A stretch of DNA of 64,000 nucleotides from an uncultured cyanobacterium (GCA_963718615.1 OY970368.1:864001-928000), one strand, 5' to 3'. Shown: positions 40,087 through 52,250, numbered from the stretch's first letter. Numbers and translations: made by a program. Notes: generated by a model not told the origin, from the sequence alone.

Positions 40087-41472
40087 ATGATCTTCTATCG
40101 CCTAGTCTGGAGTGCAGTTTTCATCACCCTTGCTTGGGGCTGGGGGGGGCTGAGTGCTCCTTTGTCGTGGGGAGAGCGAGCGAGCGCAGCCAATCCAGCG
40201 GACGAAACCCCAGCAACCCCTGAACGTCCCACCCTCAGCCCTGGAGACAGCGGACCTTTAGTGCGAGATCTCCAGATCAAGCTCAAGCGGCTTTCTTACT
40301 ATAGCGATGACATTGATGGCGAATTCGACGCAGCAACACAGGCAGCAGTAGAAACCTTTCAGCAGGATCAAAAGGTTCCGGTTACTGGGGTAGTTGATGC
40401 AGAAACCTGGCGAGTTTTGGCCGATCCGGTTACGGCTCAAATCGAAGCCGCCATCAAAACAGCAGCCCAGGAGACAGCGAAAGAGAGCTCTGAAACGACG
40501 GATTCTCCTTCAACGACGGATACAGAATCCACGCAAGCTTCCCCCGAGAATTCCAGCTATCGTCTATTACTCATGGGAATTGCCCTCGGTGGCATTGGGA
40601 TTGGTGGCATTGGGCTTTGGCAAATGCTCCGTCCTGGGAATTCTAGACCTAAGCGAGTCAAACGGACAGTGCGTCGATCGAAGCAGCGCACCGTTGCCAT
40701 CGCGACTGAATTTGCTCGGGACGCCGCAGAGGAGACTAGCGAGTCTGTTGCACTTTCGGTTGCTGCACCGACCGAGTGGGTTCAATCCCAATCCCAATCG
40801 TCGCCCGACACTGCCTTGGATATGCCGCCCTCTCAACCTTCTACGCCGAAACCCTTGCCGCCCCACGCATCCCTTACTCCCCCCCCTCCGCCCTCAATGT
40901 TGCGCAAGCGGCAAGATGAAGCGATGCCCCTGACCCCGACCTCTCGGCTAGCCCGCATTGACATCATTGAAACGCTCATCGTGGATTTACAAAGTCCCGA
41001 TTCAACTAAGCGTCGCAAAGCCATTTGGGAACTAGGCCAACGGGCGGATTCACGCGCGATTCAGCCCCTGGTCAACTTGATGGGAACGTCGGATTCCAGG
41101 CAGCGAAGCCTGATTTTGGGCGCATTGTCGGAGATTGGCAGCCAAACGCTCAAGCCGATGAAGCGCGCCCTCGCGATGTCGTTGCAGGATAGCAATGCCG
41201 AAGTCCGTAAGAATGCCATCCGCGACTTAACCCGTATTTATGATTTGGTGGGTCAAATTAGTCACTTGCTGAGTGTCGCGACCGAAGACCAAGATGGAGA
41301 AGTACGAGAAACTGCGCAATGGGCCTTAGGTCAACTCAATCGGATTCGTTCTAATGCCAACCGAGAATCCCCAGGTCAGCAACAACTGCTGCAACAGTCC
41401 ATTAGCCCGCCAGAAACTTTTACGGAAGAATTACATTTCAATCCTCCCAAACCTAAAACAGAACTGAACTAA
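40087..41472 (+). CDS. Peptidoglycan-binding domain + TM + HEAT-repeat protein
   Basis: LSPGDSGPLVRDLQIKL...DGEF...TQAAV..FQ PG-binding domain; central TM; RRKAIWELG, VRKNAI and VRETAQWAL HEAT repeats. Confidence 0.85.
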   Translation: MIFYRLVWSAVFITLAWGWGGLSAPLSWGERASAANPADETPATPERPTLSPGDSGPLVRDLQIKLKRLSYYSDDIDGEFDAATQAAVETFQQDQKVPVTGVVDAETWRVLADPVTAQIEAAIKTAAQETAKESSETTDSPSTTDTESTQASPENSSYRLLLMGIALGGIGIGGIGLWQMLRPGNSRPKRVKRTVRRSKQRTVAIATEFARDAAEETSESVALSVAAPTEWVQSQSQSSPDTALDMPPSQPSTPKPLPPHASLTPPPPPSMLRKRQDEAMPLTPTSRLARIDIIETLIVDLQSPDSTKRRKAIWELGQRADSRAIQPLVNLMGTSDSRQRSLILGALSEIGSQTLKPMKRALAMSLQDSNAEVRKNAIRDLTRIYDLVGQISHLLSVATEDQDGEVRETAQWALGQLNRIRSNANRESPGQQQLLQQSISPPETFTEELHFNPPKPKTELN

Positions 41473-41571
41473 TTCCCTCTCTCTTTGAATTTATGTTTTT
41501 CGGTCTGAAGCTTTTTCGGTTCGGGGCTTGGCTGAATTCCGAGAATGTCTCAAAATGGCTAGCTGGGACGA

Positions 41572-42012
41572 TTGGTTCTGCACTCTATGGTTGAAAACCT
41601 GGACAACCTCCGGATCACGCATCCTCTGGCCTCAGGTGCAATTATCTCTAGCACCGGGGGACATTTTACCTATCGAATTATTGGTCCTTGTTGTCGACTA
41701 TTTGACCGTGAACAACTGCCTTGGCCTTGCTGTCGTCTGCAATGGCGGGGTAAGGAACCTAGCTGGCGGCGGATTGGGCGTCGTTTTATTCCAGATCTTG
41801 CCACTCGTAAGTCCCCATCCTACAGCGTTGAAATTCTGGAACCGGGTTATTCCGGTGACATCGTGATTTTGACGCTTTACGAGACACGCTTAGATGCTAA
41901 AACTCAGGAGTGGTGGCATTCTCGCCGCCGGATAGACGCGATCGCCCCACTCCCCTCCTCTCCAGCATCCACCTACCTGTCCTCGGTTTATCAGGGAACG
42001 CTCCCTCTCTAA
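41572..42012 (+). CDS. Conserved cyanobacterial hypothetical protein
   Basis: GPCCRLFDREQLPWPCCRLQWRGKEPSWRRIG motif; fills the intergenic gap. Confidence 0.7.
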   Translation: MVLHSMVENLDNLRITHPLASGAIISSTGGHFTYRIIGPCCRLFDREQLPWPCCRLQWRGKEPSWRRIGRRFIPDLATRKSPSYSVEILEPGYSGDIVILTLYETRLDAKTQEWWHSRRRIDAIAPLPSSPASTYLSSVYQGTLPL

Positions 42013-43391
42013 ACCTGAGTAGTGGTTTGGACGGACGCCTCACTTTTTTGACGATCCGCCTGGGGGACTACCGTCCCATCGCTGGCTGGCCCTTGGGAGA
42101 GTTGATCCAAGCCTGTAATCAGACGAGCCCCGCGATTGCGAGTGAAGTAGCTCCAAGCCCACTGAATCATAACCACCAGCTTATTATCAAACTCGATCAG
42201 ATAGTAAATATGGGCAAACACCCAAACGAACCAAGCCAGCGGCCCTGCAAATTTGACAAACTTGAGATCTACTACTGCTTCATTCTGGCCAATCACGGCC
42301 ATACTGCCACGATCCACATAGCGGAAGGGTTCTAGTAGGGTGTTGCCTTGGATTCGCTGAAGAATTCGCTGGGCTACATAGCTACCGGCCTGCATGGCGA
42401 CGGGTGCAACACCGGGCAAGGGACGACCGTCCTGATGGGCAAAATGTGCTAGGTCACCCACTACAAAAATATCAGGATAGTTAGGGACCGTTAGATCCGA
42501 CTCCACCAGGACGCGACCGGAGCGATCGAGTTCTGCTTGGGTCCGTTCTGCCAACACTGCGCCCATGCGAGAGGCTTTGACGCCCGCTGCCCAGAGCGCC
42601 GTATGGGTGGGAATCACCTCGGTTGTTTCCCCTTGGCGAATCGTGACGCTTTGGCCATCAATGTGAGTCACCATACAGCCGGTCCGCACACTAACGCCCA
42701 GCCGTTCTAGGGAGGATTGGGCTTTTTGGGAGAGATCCGGTGCAAAGGGAGGCAGGACACGATCGAGCCCTTCAATCAGCAGGACTTGGGCTTCGGTGGT
42801 GTCGATATCGCGGAAATCTGCTCGCAGGGTATGGTTCGCTAGCTCGGCGATCGCCCCCGCCAATTCCACCCCCGTCGGGCCGCCGCCCACAATCACAAAG
42901 GTCAGCAATGCCCTCCGCTTTTCCGGGTCGGTTTCTTTCTCTGCCGCCTCAAAAGCCGAGAAAATCCGCCGCCGCATCTGAATGGCGTCCTCAACGGTTT
43001 TGAGCCCCGGCGCGATCTCCTGCCACTGGTCGTTGCCAAAATAGTGATGGCTCACCCCCGTCGCCATAATGAGCGAATCGTAGGACAGGACACTGCCCTT
43101 AAGAATGACGGTTTTGCTGTCCGGGTCGAGGTCAATCACCTCATCGAGCAAAACCTTGGTGTTGCGATTGCGGCTCAAAATCCCACGCAGGGGGGAAGAG
43201 ATATCGGCGGGGGATACGGTTCCTGTGGCCACCTGATAGAGCAGGGGCTGGAAGAGGTGGAAATTGCGTTTGTCGATCAGCGTGACCTGGACAGGCGATT
43301 GCCCCAGGGACTTCGCTGCATAGAGGCCACCAAAACCTCCGCCCACAACGACAACATGATGAGGGGTTTGAGACTGAGCAGTGTGTGGCAT
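42009..43391 (-). CDS. Type II NAD(P)H dehydrogenase (NDH-2)
   Basis: GGGFGG, FQPLLYQVATG, VGGGPTGVELAG and GDLA...PGVAPVAMQ motifs. Confidence 0.93.
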   Translation of the reverse strand: MPHTAQSQTPHHVVVVGGGFGGLYAAKSLGQSPVQVTLIDKRNFHLFQPLLYQVATGTVSPADISSPLRGILSRNRNTKVLLDEVIDLDPDSKTVILKGSVLSYDSLIMATGVSHHYFGNDQWQEIAPGLKTVEDAIQMRRRIFSAFEAAEKETDPEKRRALLTFVIVGGGPTGVELAGAIAELANHTLRADFRDIDTTEAQVLLIEGLDRVLPPFAPDLSQKAQSSLERLGVSVRTGCMVTHIDGQSVTIRQGETTEVIPTHTALWAAGVKASRMGAVLAERTQAELDRSGRVLVESDLTVPNYPDIFVVGDLAHFAHQDGRPLPGVAPVAMQAGSYVAQRILQRIQGNTLLEPFRYVDRGSMAVIGQNEAVVDLKFVKFAGPLAWFVWVFAHIYYLIEFDNKLVVMIQWAWSYFTRNRGARLITGLDQLSQGPASDGTVVPQADRQKSEASVQTTTQV

Positions 43392-43716
43392 GGGCTATGA
43401 CCGTTCCTTAGCAACAGCGACGGCAAATTCGGCAATTTACGTAAATAACTCCGAGATAACTTCAAGGTCGGAATTGCATTGCATCCGACAAGCTGCTGAA
43501 CGTTGTGCTTAATAATATTTCACATTGTTACAGACTTGGCGAGGGCAGGCGCTATCAAACGTTACCGTTTCTCAAGATCCCAAGCGTCAGCGAACCGCGC
43601 TTGCTCCCTACTACAGGAAAGTTCCCCTCCGATCCGTAATTCTTCTTTAAGAAACTTTGAGCCTTTGGCTCTGCCCCTGTCATTTCCCGATCTCCCGCAA
43701 TTGGCAAAAGCGCCCT

Positions 43717-43745
43717 TAGAATGGAAAATTAGACAGGCTGTCTAA
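43717..43745 (+). promoter_or_regulatory. petE -10 box and palindromic operator
   Basis: TAGAAT at 43717-43722, followed by the perfect inverted repeat TTAGACAG-G-CTGTCTAA at 43729-43745. Confidence 0.7.
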
Positions 43746-43756
43746 CATTTCAGGAT

Positions 43757-44173
43757 ATGAACCCTATGAAGCTGGTAATGACGCTGGTAAACAAAATTTT
43801 GAAGCGGGTCGCGCTGATTATTCCTGCTCTTCTGTTGATCCTGGGGCCGATCTTTGTATCCGCCGTCCCGGCAGCAGCGGCTGACACCACCGTCAAGATG
43901 GGCGCAGACAATGGCATGCTCGCATTTGTTCCCAACAAAGTGGAAATTAGCGCTGGAGACTCGGTAACCTGGGTGAACAATAAGTTGGCTCCCCACAACG
44001 TCGTGTTTGAAAAAGCTCCTGCGGGCGCTGATGCCGCCTCCTTTAACCACAAGCAACTGGCCTTCTCGCCGGGCGAATCGTTCTCTGCAACTTTTGATAC
44101 TCCGGGAGAATACACCTACTACTGTGAACCTCACCGGGGTGCAGGGATGGTTGGGAGCATCGTGGTCAAATAG
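43757..44173 (+). CDS. petE: Plastocyanin precursor
   Basis: Signal peptide ending AAA; [10 protein letters not shown]; copper ligands in PHNVVF and [11 protein letters not shown]. Confidence 0.97.
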   Translation: MNPMKLVMTLVNKILKRVALIIPALLLILGPIFVSAVPAAAADTTVKMGADNGMLAFVPNKVEISAGDSVTWVNNKLAPHNVVFEKAPAGADAASFNHKQLAFSPGESFSATFDTPGEYTYYCEPHRGAGMVGSIVVK

Positions 44174-44334
44174 AAAAGGTCAAATAGAGAAAGGGTTGAA
44201 TAATCATTCTTTGCCTTGCCGTTGACTCAGTGAGTAATGTTTGGAATTGAGCGGAGCAGTGGCCTTTGGGTTGCTGCTCTTTTTGTTGAGGGCATTTTGT
44301 GTAGAATAGGACGGTCGTTTTCCCCCGCCAGACC

Positions 44335-45630
<1,296 letters not shown>

Positions 45631-45640
45631 CGTTCACTGT

Positions 45641-45664
45641 CAGGGTGGGCATTGCCCCACCCTG
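45641..45664. repeat. REP-like palindrome / terminator between convergent genes
   Basis: CAGGGTGGGCATTGCCCCACCCTG hairpin. Confidence 0.55.
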
Positions 45665-45673
45665 TAGATAGAC

Positions 45674-46828
45674 CTAATGTGAACAGGACGCTTCGGGTCC
45701 TTGATCCACAATTGCACCCCCTAAGTCTTGACAAGCCTGAGTCCAAGCATCCCAGGTTCCCTGCCCCTGATTTCGATAGTCTTGATAAAGCGACTCGACC
45801 TGTTGATTAAAATTCCCACTGGCTGCTGCCGCTGGTGCTGGAGCCGCACTAGGCACGCTGGCCAGCGGTGCAGGGGCACTATAGCTAGGAGGCGGCGTAG
45901 CTGCTTCTTCTCCATAGGCTGGAGCCTGAGGGGCTAAGCTACTTGCGGCTTCCCCTGCATAGGGTGCTGCGTAGGAACCCGACGAGGCCGCTGCGATCGC
46001 CCGCTGTCGATCGGCAGCCACTTCGGCTTCATATTGCTCCACGGCTGCAATGCCGTCATTGGCTTGTTTCAGCAGCGGCTTGGATTGGTCTTGCCAAAAC
46101 TTAACGGCTGCCACCTTCTCCAAGGTATTCTTGGCGGCTAACCACTGCCCCCGATTTAGCAGGGCTTTCGCCTCTTTCACAGCGGCTTCGCTTTTCTGCC
46201 AATCCGTCTGCCAAGTTTTGATGCGGGTCTCAACCTCAGCAGCTTGGGGGGCTTCCGCCGATAGGGTGCGGAGCATGGCGATCGCTTCCGCCAATTTTCC
46301 CGACTGAAACAAAGCTTCCCCTTGCTGGGTCACTTGGTTCGACCAATCTTGGATCAAGGGCTGCGCTTCCTCACGGGCCGTTTGATTTGTATTGGGGATC
46401 GCTACCGCCGTTGCGATCGCCGCCAACCAATCCTCTTCCGCTGCTAATTGCTTTGCTTTACCCAACCGACATTGCTCCGCCAAGGACTGAGTTGCCGTGA
46501 AATAGCGAGATTTGGGTGAGACTGTATCGCTTTGCTGCAGACAGCGATCGAAATCTTCTGCTTTTGCTAAAGCCTGAATGGTTGACCATTCCGCCTGTTC
46601 TCTGCGATATTTTTGCAGCCCCAAATAGCCATAGGTTAACGCTGCCGTCACACCAACGGTCACGAGCCCACTTCCGAGGAGAATGGTGACCCTGCGCCAG
46701 GTAGGACTTGTTAGTTGCTCAGACTGTAGACTCATCCAGCCACCCTTCAAAAATCGTTTTGATGATTTTGCGCTTGATCCCGATTGGCTCTTCTCTCGCC
46801 TGGAAACAGGTTTTCTGCTTCGCAGCAT
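45674..46828 (-). CDS. Membrane-anchored helical-repeat hypothetical protein
   Basis: Basic N-terminus, one TM helix, TPR-like helical repeats, Ala/Pro linker, small Cys-containing C-terminal domain. Confidence 0.75.
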   Translation of the reverse strand: MLRSRKPVSRREKSQSGSSAKSSKRFLKGGWMSLQSEQLTSPTWRRVTILLGSGLVTVGVTAALTYGYLGLQKYRREQAEWSTIQALAKAEDFDRCLQQSDTVSPKSRYFTATQSLAEQCRLGKAKQLAAEEDWLAAIATAVAIPNTNQTAREEAQPLIQDWSNQVTQQGEALFQSGKLAEAIAMLRTLSAEAPQAAEVETRIKTWQTDWQKSEAAVKEAKALLNRGQWLAAKNTLEKVAAVKFWQDQSKPLLKQANDGIAAVEQYEAEVAADRQRAIAAASSGSYAAPYAGEAASSLAPQAPAYGEEAATPPPSYSAPAPLASVPSAAPAPAAAASGNFNQQVESLYQDYRNQGQGTWDAWTQACQDLGGAIVDQGPEASCSH

Positions 46829-47350
46829 ACGTTATAAGTCCTAAACCGATGCAGAATTGAAGGCGATCGGTAGACCTTCAGTTCCCCAATCTCTTGACGG
46901 AGTTCAAGGAGCTAAAGTTTCTTCTGTTTGATCTGTTTGAATAGATATCCCTTGACTCATCTAAGACTTGACTGCCCCGGCCAGTATTAGGGAATTCCCT
47001 GAATTACTGGGGTTAACAGCAGTCAAAAAACAGATGGTGCGGATGATTCCACTGGCAATCCAGATTGAACCGAACACCGCTACTCGCTGTACGATCGACC
47101 GCCCCTAGTCCTGGCCTAAGTCATCTGCAAACTAGCGGAAACCTGTGTGCTAAAACTTGGGGTTTGTATCGGTGGTCTCGGACATCTTAGCTGTTCATAG
47201 GTTAGCGCGGATTTCTGGTGCTTCGAGTGGCGAAGCATATATTTACATACAGATCGCATACAAAGATACAAATCCTTGGCGATCGCCCCAGAAATTCCCC
47301 CTTCCAGAGGCAGACAGACCGTCGCCAATCGCTCTGGGATGTCGAGTAAG

Positions 47351-48643
47351 TTAGGCAATTTCGCGTAACCACACGGACTGGGCGGGTATTTGTTTGAGCA
47401 GCAGTTTTCCCTTGGCGATGACATGGGTCACAGGGGAGCGATTTTGTAAGATTTCGTGAATATTTCTTCCTGCAAGAACAATTAAATTAGCGGGCATACC
47501 AATTCCCAAACCATAATCAGCCACCCCTAGGGTCCGAGCTCCGTGGGTTGTGACCATGTGATAACAGGCCTGCATTTCATCGAGACCCGTCATCTGGCAG
47601 ACATGGATCGCCATGTGGGCGACGTCGAGCATATTGCCTGTCCCTAAGGAATACCAGGGATCTTGGATACAGTCATAGCCAAGACTCACGTTCAGCCCCT
47701 GCTGCCAGAGTTCTTTCACCCGCGTGATCCCCCGGCGTTTGGGGTAGGTGTCGGAGCGGCCCTGGAGCGTGATGTTGATGAGGGGATTGGCGATGAAGTT
47801 GATGCGCGATCGCCTCAGCAATCCCATTAGTTTCAATGCATAGGCATTGTCATAGGAGGCAAAAGCAGTGGTGTGGCTGGCGGTGACGCGGGGACCTAAG
47901 CCCGTGCGACAGGCGCAGGCGGCGACCACCTCTAGGAAACGAGACTGGGGATCATCGATTTCGTCGCAGTGGATGTCGATGGGGCGATCGTATTGTTCTG
48001 CCAACTCAAAAATTCGGTGAACCGATCGTACACCGTCTTCCCGTGTCATTTCATAGTGAGGAATGCCACCCACAACATCAGCCCCGAGGTTGAGTGCTTC
48101 CTCCAAGAGGGATTCATTTTGGGGATCACCGTAGAGCCCGTCCTGGGGAAACGCGACGATTTGCAGGGTCATCCAATCTTTGACGCGATCGCGCAAATCC
48201 AGCAGCGCCTTGAGCGCTGTCAGACTTGGCTCGCTCACATCAGCGTGGCTGCGCACGAACAAAACACCGTGGCTGGCTTGGCGTTTGAGGGCTGCCAAGG
48301 CGCGATGCTGGACATCTTCATAGGTCAGCGATCCCTTACGCTCGGCCCAAATCTGAATGCCTTCAAACAACGTTCCGCTTTGGTTCCAGCGAGGATCGCC
48401 AGCGGTGAGGGCAGAGTCGAGATGAATGTGGGACTCGACAAAGGGAGGGCTAACAAACTGCTCCCTAGCGTCAATTTCCTCGGGGGCGCTGCCGGGGAGG
48501 GTGGGGGCGATCGCCACAATTTTGCCCTCGCGAATGCCAATGTCCTGAGGCCCCTGCCCATGCTGACCCTCAATGTTCAGCAGATGCCCCTGACGGAGGA
48601 TAAGGTCGTAGCGATCGCCCCTCTGTTCCATGCTCTGTTCCAT
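47351..48643 (-). CDS. codA: Cytosine deaminase
   Basis: ESHIHLD, WNQSGTLFEGI, VAFPQDG, HCDEIDD, TASH and DPWY motifs. Confidence 0.94.
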   Translation of the reverse strand: MEQSMEQRGDRYDLILRQGHLLNIEGQHGQGPQDIGIREGKIVAIAPTLPGSAPEEIDAREQFVSPPFVESHIHLDSALTAGDPRWNQSGTLFEGIQIWAERKGSLTYEDVQHRALAALKRQASHGVLFVRSHADVSEPSLTALKALLDLRDRVKDWMTLQIVAFPQDGLYGDPQNESLLEEALNLGADVVGGIPHYEMTREDGVRSVHRIFELAEQYDRPIDIHCDEIDDPQSRFLEVVAACACRTGLGPRVTASHTTAFASYDNAYALKLMGLLRRSRINFIANPLINITLQGRSDTYPKRRGITRVKELWQQGLNVSLGYDCIQDPWYSLGTGNMLDVAHMAIHVCQMTGLDEMQACYHMVTTHGARTLGVADYGLGIGMPANLIVLAGRNIHEILQNRSPVTHVIAKGKLLLKQIPAQSVWLREIA

Positions 48644-48702
48644 GGTCCGAATCCTCGCTGCACAATTGTATTAATTTAGATCAAGCGTCTCAATTCAGGA
48701 TT

Positions 48703-49041
48703 TCAGTCCTCGACCGCTTCTTCCCCGTCTAGTTCTGGATCAAAGCTAGGAATCCAAGTCGCAACGGTGCGAAGCACCTCTGGCGCTTCGGCTCCATCCA
48801 AAAACTCTAGCTGGGTTTCCCGCAGCCCTAAATAGCCCGATCCGAGAAAGGACGTTAGCATCCGCTGGAGCGCAAACCAGACTTCGGACTCAAACTCCCA
48901 GGGCTTGTCGTAGGGCGATCGCGCCGAAATCGATCGCAAGGCCCAAAAATAGCTGTTGCGCACCACGGAACCCTTTTTTTTATAGAACGGCACATCATCC
49001 GCGTGCAGATACAAAACCTCATTGTCTATCCAGGCTCTCAC
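48703..49041 (-). CDS. Conserved hypothetical protein
   Basis: 112-aa ORF (SVVRNSYFWALRSI, GYLGLRETQLEF) directly upstream of codA. Confidence 0.75.
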   Translation of the reverse strand: MRAWIDNEVLYLHADDVPFYKKKGSVVRNSYFWALRSISARSPYDKPWEFESEVWFALQRMLTSFLGSGYLGLRETQLEFLDGAEAPEVLRTVATWIPSFDPELDGEEAVED

Positions 49042-49160
49042 AGGTTTGGCTCCGGGGGAAATGCTAGGCTAACCATCTTCTTTACCCTAGCGAAGATTGC
49101 AGCCTTCGTTGCCCAAAGATTGCCCCAAAAATTGCTCCAAAAATTTCCCTAACAATTGCC

Positions 49161-49532
49161 ATGAAATACGTTGACCTCCAGCAATTACCCCAGGAACCCG
49201 TTTCCCATAACCCAGAAATCCAGAAACAAGTGATGCTGCGGGCAGGCGATCTCCCCCACCTCACCAACTTTTCCCAAGCTCGTTTTTCCCCCGGTCAAGT
49301 GGCCATAGCCCATCGCCATCTAGATATGGCTGAAGTCTTTTTTGTTGAGGCGGGTCAGGGTGAAATTCGAGTTGAACAAACGGTGTATTCCCTATCTCCC
49401 GGCGTCTGCGTTGCGGTGGAACCGGGGGAGGAGCACGAAGTCACGAATACCAGCGGAGAATTCTTGGTTTTGACCTATTTAGGTCTGCGAGTACCGGAAG
49501 CCTTGGTCACGCAGCTTAAGAATAATCAATAG
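49161..49532 (+). CDS. Cupin-domain protein
   Basis: HRHLDMAEVFFVEAGQG...VEPGEEH motifs. Confidence 0.9.
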   Translation: MKYVDLQQLPQEPVSHNPEIQKQVMLRAGDLPHLTNFSQARFSPGQVAIAHRHLDMAEVFFVEAGQGEIRVEQTVYSLSPGVCVAVEPGEEHEVTNTSGEFLVLTYLGLRVPEALVTQLKNNQ

Positions 49533-50020
49533 TTTTTGGCTTTTGTCAAGGGCAGAGAGTCGGCTTTTAATATGTCAAAAGATTACGGAAGTTGTAGGGC
49601 GATCGCAATTTTGGGGTCATTGTCCTGACTAAGCCTCATGGCCCTTGAAATGCAAGATAGATTCAAAAGCAATCTTAGCCAGTTCAGCCAATTGGCTGTT
49701 GCTTCGATGTCAAGCGTACCAAACGAAAAGGCCGACTAAAACCGCATCCCTGACCGTATTCCTGAGCATAGGCCTAAGATTTCGCAAGCAAATTATGCTT
49801 TATTTGTATAATTTGATTCATTCAAAAGGATGCATTTACTTAGGGTTTCTGCTACAGTCCTTAAAGGTCATCAAAATCGATGGCACCAGAGTCAGAGAAA
49901 GGTTTTTGCAAGCAGTCCTCGTTAGTTCCGCTTTTTCTTAAGCATCTTGCCCCTTCGTCAAGAAGCCAGATGCCTACGCTTCAACGAGCCAATTGCGATC
50001 ATTTTTGATAGAGGTTTGTG

Positions 50021-50782
50021 ATGAATTTGACCAAGCGCTGCGTCGCAGAATTGATGGGAACCTGTTGGTTGGTTTTGGGGGGATGTGGGAGCGCCGTGTT
50101 GGCTGCCAATTTCCCCGTGGACAATGAGTACAATGCCCTAGGAATTGGTTTGGTCGGAGTTTCCTTGGCCTTTGGATTAACGGTTTTGACCATGGCCTAC
50201 GCGATCGGCCATATTTCTGGCTGTCACCTCAACCCAGCTGTATCCTTTGGTCTATGGGCAGGGAAGCGCTTCCCCGGTTCGGAGTTACTCCCTTACATTG
50301 GATCTCAGGTTGCTGGCGCAATTTTGGGTGGTGGCATTGTTTATCTGATCGCTAGTGGGCGTCCTGGATTTGAACTGTCCGGCTCTAATCCCTTGGCAAC
50401 CAATGGTTTTGGAGCACATTCACCCGGCGGCTATGGTTTAATGGCTTGTCTGCTGACGGAAGTCGTGCTGACCTTCGTATTCTTGATGGTGATTTTGGGC
50501 TCAACCGATCGCCGTGCGCCCAAGGGTATGGCTCCGCTGGCCATTGGCTTCTGCCTGACGCTGATTCACCTGATTAGCATTCCGGTAACTAATACCTCCG
50601 TTAACCCAGCCCGCAGCACGGGAGTTGCGCTCTTTGCCGGGGCTGAGTTGTTTAGCCAAGTGTGGCTTTTCTGGTTCGCTCCGATTGTGGGGGCCGTCCT
50701 AGCAGGTATGGCCTATCTGGCACTCTTTGAGGATGCACCTGAGGTGATGGCACGCGATCGCGAAGAAATACCCGCATCCTAA
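50021..50782 (+). CDS. aqpZ: Aquaporin Z
   Basis: GCGSAV motif and two NPA motifs ([19 protein letters not shown]). Confidence 0.96.
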   Translation: MNLTKRCVAELMGTCWLVLGGCGSAVLAANFPVDNEYNALGIGLVGVSLAFGLTVLTMAYAIGHISGCHLNPAVSFGLWAGKRFPGSELLPYIGSQVAGAILGGGIVYLIASGRPGFELSGSNPLATNGFGAHSPGGYGLMACLLTEVVLTFVFLMVILGSTDRRAPKGMAPLAIGFCLTLIHLISIPVTNTSVNPARSTGVALFAGAELFSQVWLFWFAPIVGAVLAGMAYLALFEDAPEVMARDREEIPAS

Positions 50783-51402
50783 TCCCACCCAGCGGCAAGA
50801 AACCCAACAGGCCCCGGCACTCGCCCAAGCTTGTTGGGTTCTTGTGCTGTGATCAGCCACTGATTGCCATAACGTTTCAGGTACCCCTGCTGCTGTAGAT
50901 GCTGAAGTAAGCGCGTTACGGTCACGCGGGTTGAACCAATCAGTTCGGCCAACTCTTGATGGGTCAGGCGTAGGGGCAAAAGCCAACCTTGGGTGGTCGA
51001 ACGGCCAAATCGTTGTGCCAACCACTGAAAAGCAACCCAAAGACGAGTTTCGGTACAACGAATCTGATAGATTTGCAAAAATTCTTCGAGTTTTTGCATC
51101 CGGGCAATCACACAGGCCAGCGGATAGTCGCCTGTAATGCAGTGAAAGCAAGCCTGAACAGGGCTCAAACAATCTAATTGGGCAGGATCGGTGGTGAGCA
51201 AAGCCGGCACAATTTGTTCTCCAGGTCCCCAAATTCCAAGAGTATTGACTACGCCATCTTCATCCCAGGTAATCAACCGAATAAAGCCTGTTTCTAATTG
51301 CCAAAGCCCCTCTACGTTTAAGGGCAGTTGTTCTTTGCGCCTCAGTTTCAGAACAGCCGGTGATGTTAGCGGAGGATGATGGAGAAGTAAAGATGAAACC
51401 AT
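50779..51402 (-). CDS. Crp/Fnr-family regulator (IdiB-like)
   Basis: LGIWGPG and [24 protein letters not shown]; iron-stress gene context. Confidence 0.85.
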   Translation of the reverse strand: MVSSLLLHHPPLTSPAVLKLRRKEQLPLNVEGLWQLETGFIRLITWDEDGVVNTLGIWGPGEQIVPALLTTDPAQLDCLSPVQACFHCITGDYPLACVIARMQKLEEFLQIYQIRCTETRLWVAFQWLAQRFGRSTTQGWLLPLRLTHQELAELIGSTRVTVTRLLQHLQQQGYLKRYGNQWLITAQEPNKLGRVPGPVGFLAAGWD

Positions 51403-51475
51403 GGCAAAGAAGCGTTGAGCTAAGGTCGGGATAAATTTTAGAGTCAACGGGATTGAAGGTTCAGCAGGGAGAGAT

Positions 51476-52213
51476 TCAAAGGTGTGATGTGCTGGCAAAG
51501 GACTCTAGCTCCATCGCAGTCTGCCCCAAGCCAGCCCAAAATTTGGAGATTTCTCGACTGACAAGAGCTGCCTGAAAAAAATGGAAAAAATGTCCACCTT
51601 CTGGACAAAGCCAGAGACGATCGCTTGCCGCTAACCAGGTTTGCCAAGCTTTTAATAAGGGAGGATGCACAACCCCATCATCGGCAGCTCCACAAATTAA
51701 AAGCGGAACCTCAACGCCACCGACAGGTAAGGATTCAACTTGAACCAGGGAGTGGAGGAGGGGCGATCGCACTAAATCTTTTTGTAAGACGTTGACTAGA
51801 TCAGCGGCTGGATAAGGACGTTTGCCTTTGAATAATTGCTGGGCCATTTGCGCCAGGATACAAGCTTGGGAACAGGGTAAGAGGTGACGTTGGACGTAAT
51901 AGTGAGCGTGCCAAGTGACAGCCGGTTGCTCTGCGACAGCGAGGAGGGTAAGCGATCGCACTCGCTCAGGATAACGGCGGGCATAGAGCAAAGCTAGGGT
52001 TCCGCTAAGGCCGTGACCCAGCAGGTGAATCGGTTGGCCTCTGGACTTGAGATAGTCGTGGAGAAGCGTCATAGCAATTTCCAGGGAACAGGGCTCATCC
52101 GGTTCATGGTTGTATTGCCACTTGGCGATCGCGATGCGTTTAGCTAGTTCGCGCAAAAGTGGGTGATCGAAGGTGGATAAGCTTGGACTAGCATTGAGCC
52201 AAAGTGCATTCAT
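51476..52213 (-). CDS. Alpha/beta hydrolase (IsiC-like)
   Basis: LLHDYLK...HLLGHGLSG, YARRYPERV, WHAHYY and GGHFFH motifs. Confidence 0.8.
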   Translation of the reverse strand: MNALWLNASPSLSTFDHPLLRELAKRIAIAKWQYNHEPDEPCSLEIAMTLLHDYLKSRGQPIHLLGHGLSGTLALLYARRYPERVRSLTLLAVAEQPAVTWHAHYYVQRHLLPCSQACILAQMAQQLFKGKRPYPAADLVNVLQKDLVRSPLLHSLVQVESLPVGGVEVPLLICGAADDGVVHPPLLKAWQTWLAASDRLWLCPEGGHFFHFFQAALVSREISKFWAGLGQTAMELESFASTSHL

Positions 52214-52250
52214 CTAAATATCTATCTCCAAATGAAAAATTAGTTCTAAG

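Noticed and set aside
43510-43535. Possible RpaB HLR1 direct repeat between ndh-2 and petE
   Set aside because: The half-sites are imperfect and lack the 2-nt spacer.
47969-48679. 236-aa plus-strand ORF
   Set aside because: Antisense shadow of codA.
49645-49941. 98-aa ORF upstream of aqpZ
   Set aside because: TTG start, no RBS or motifs, AT-rich promoter-like composition.
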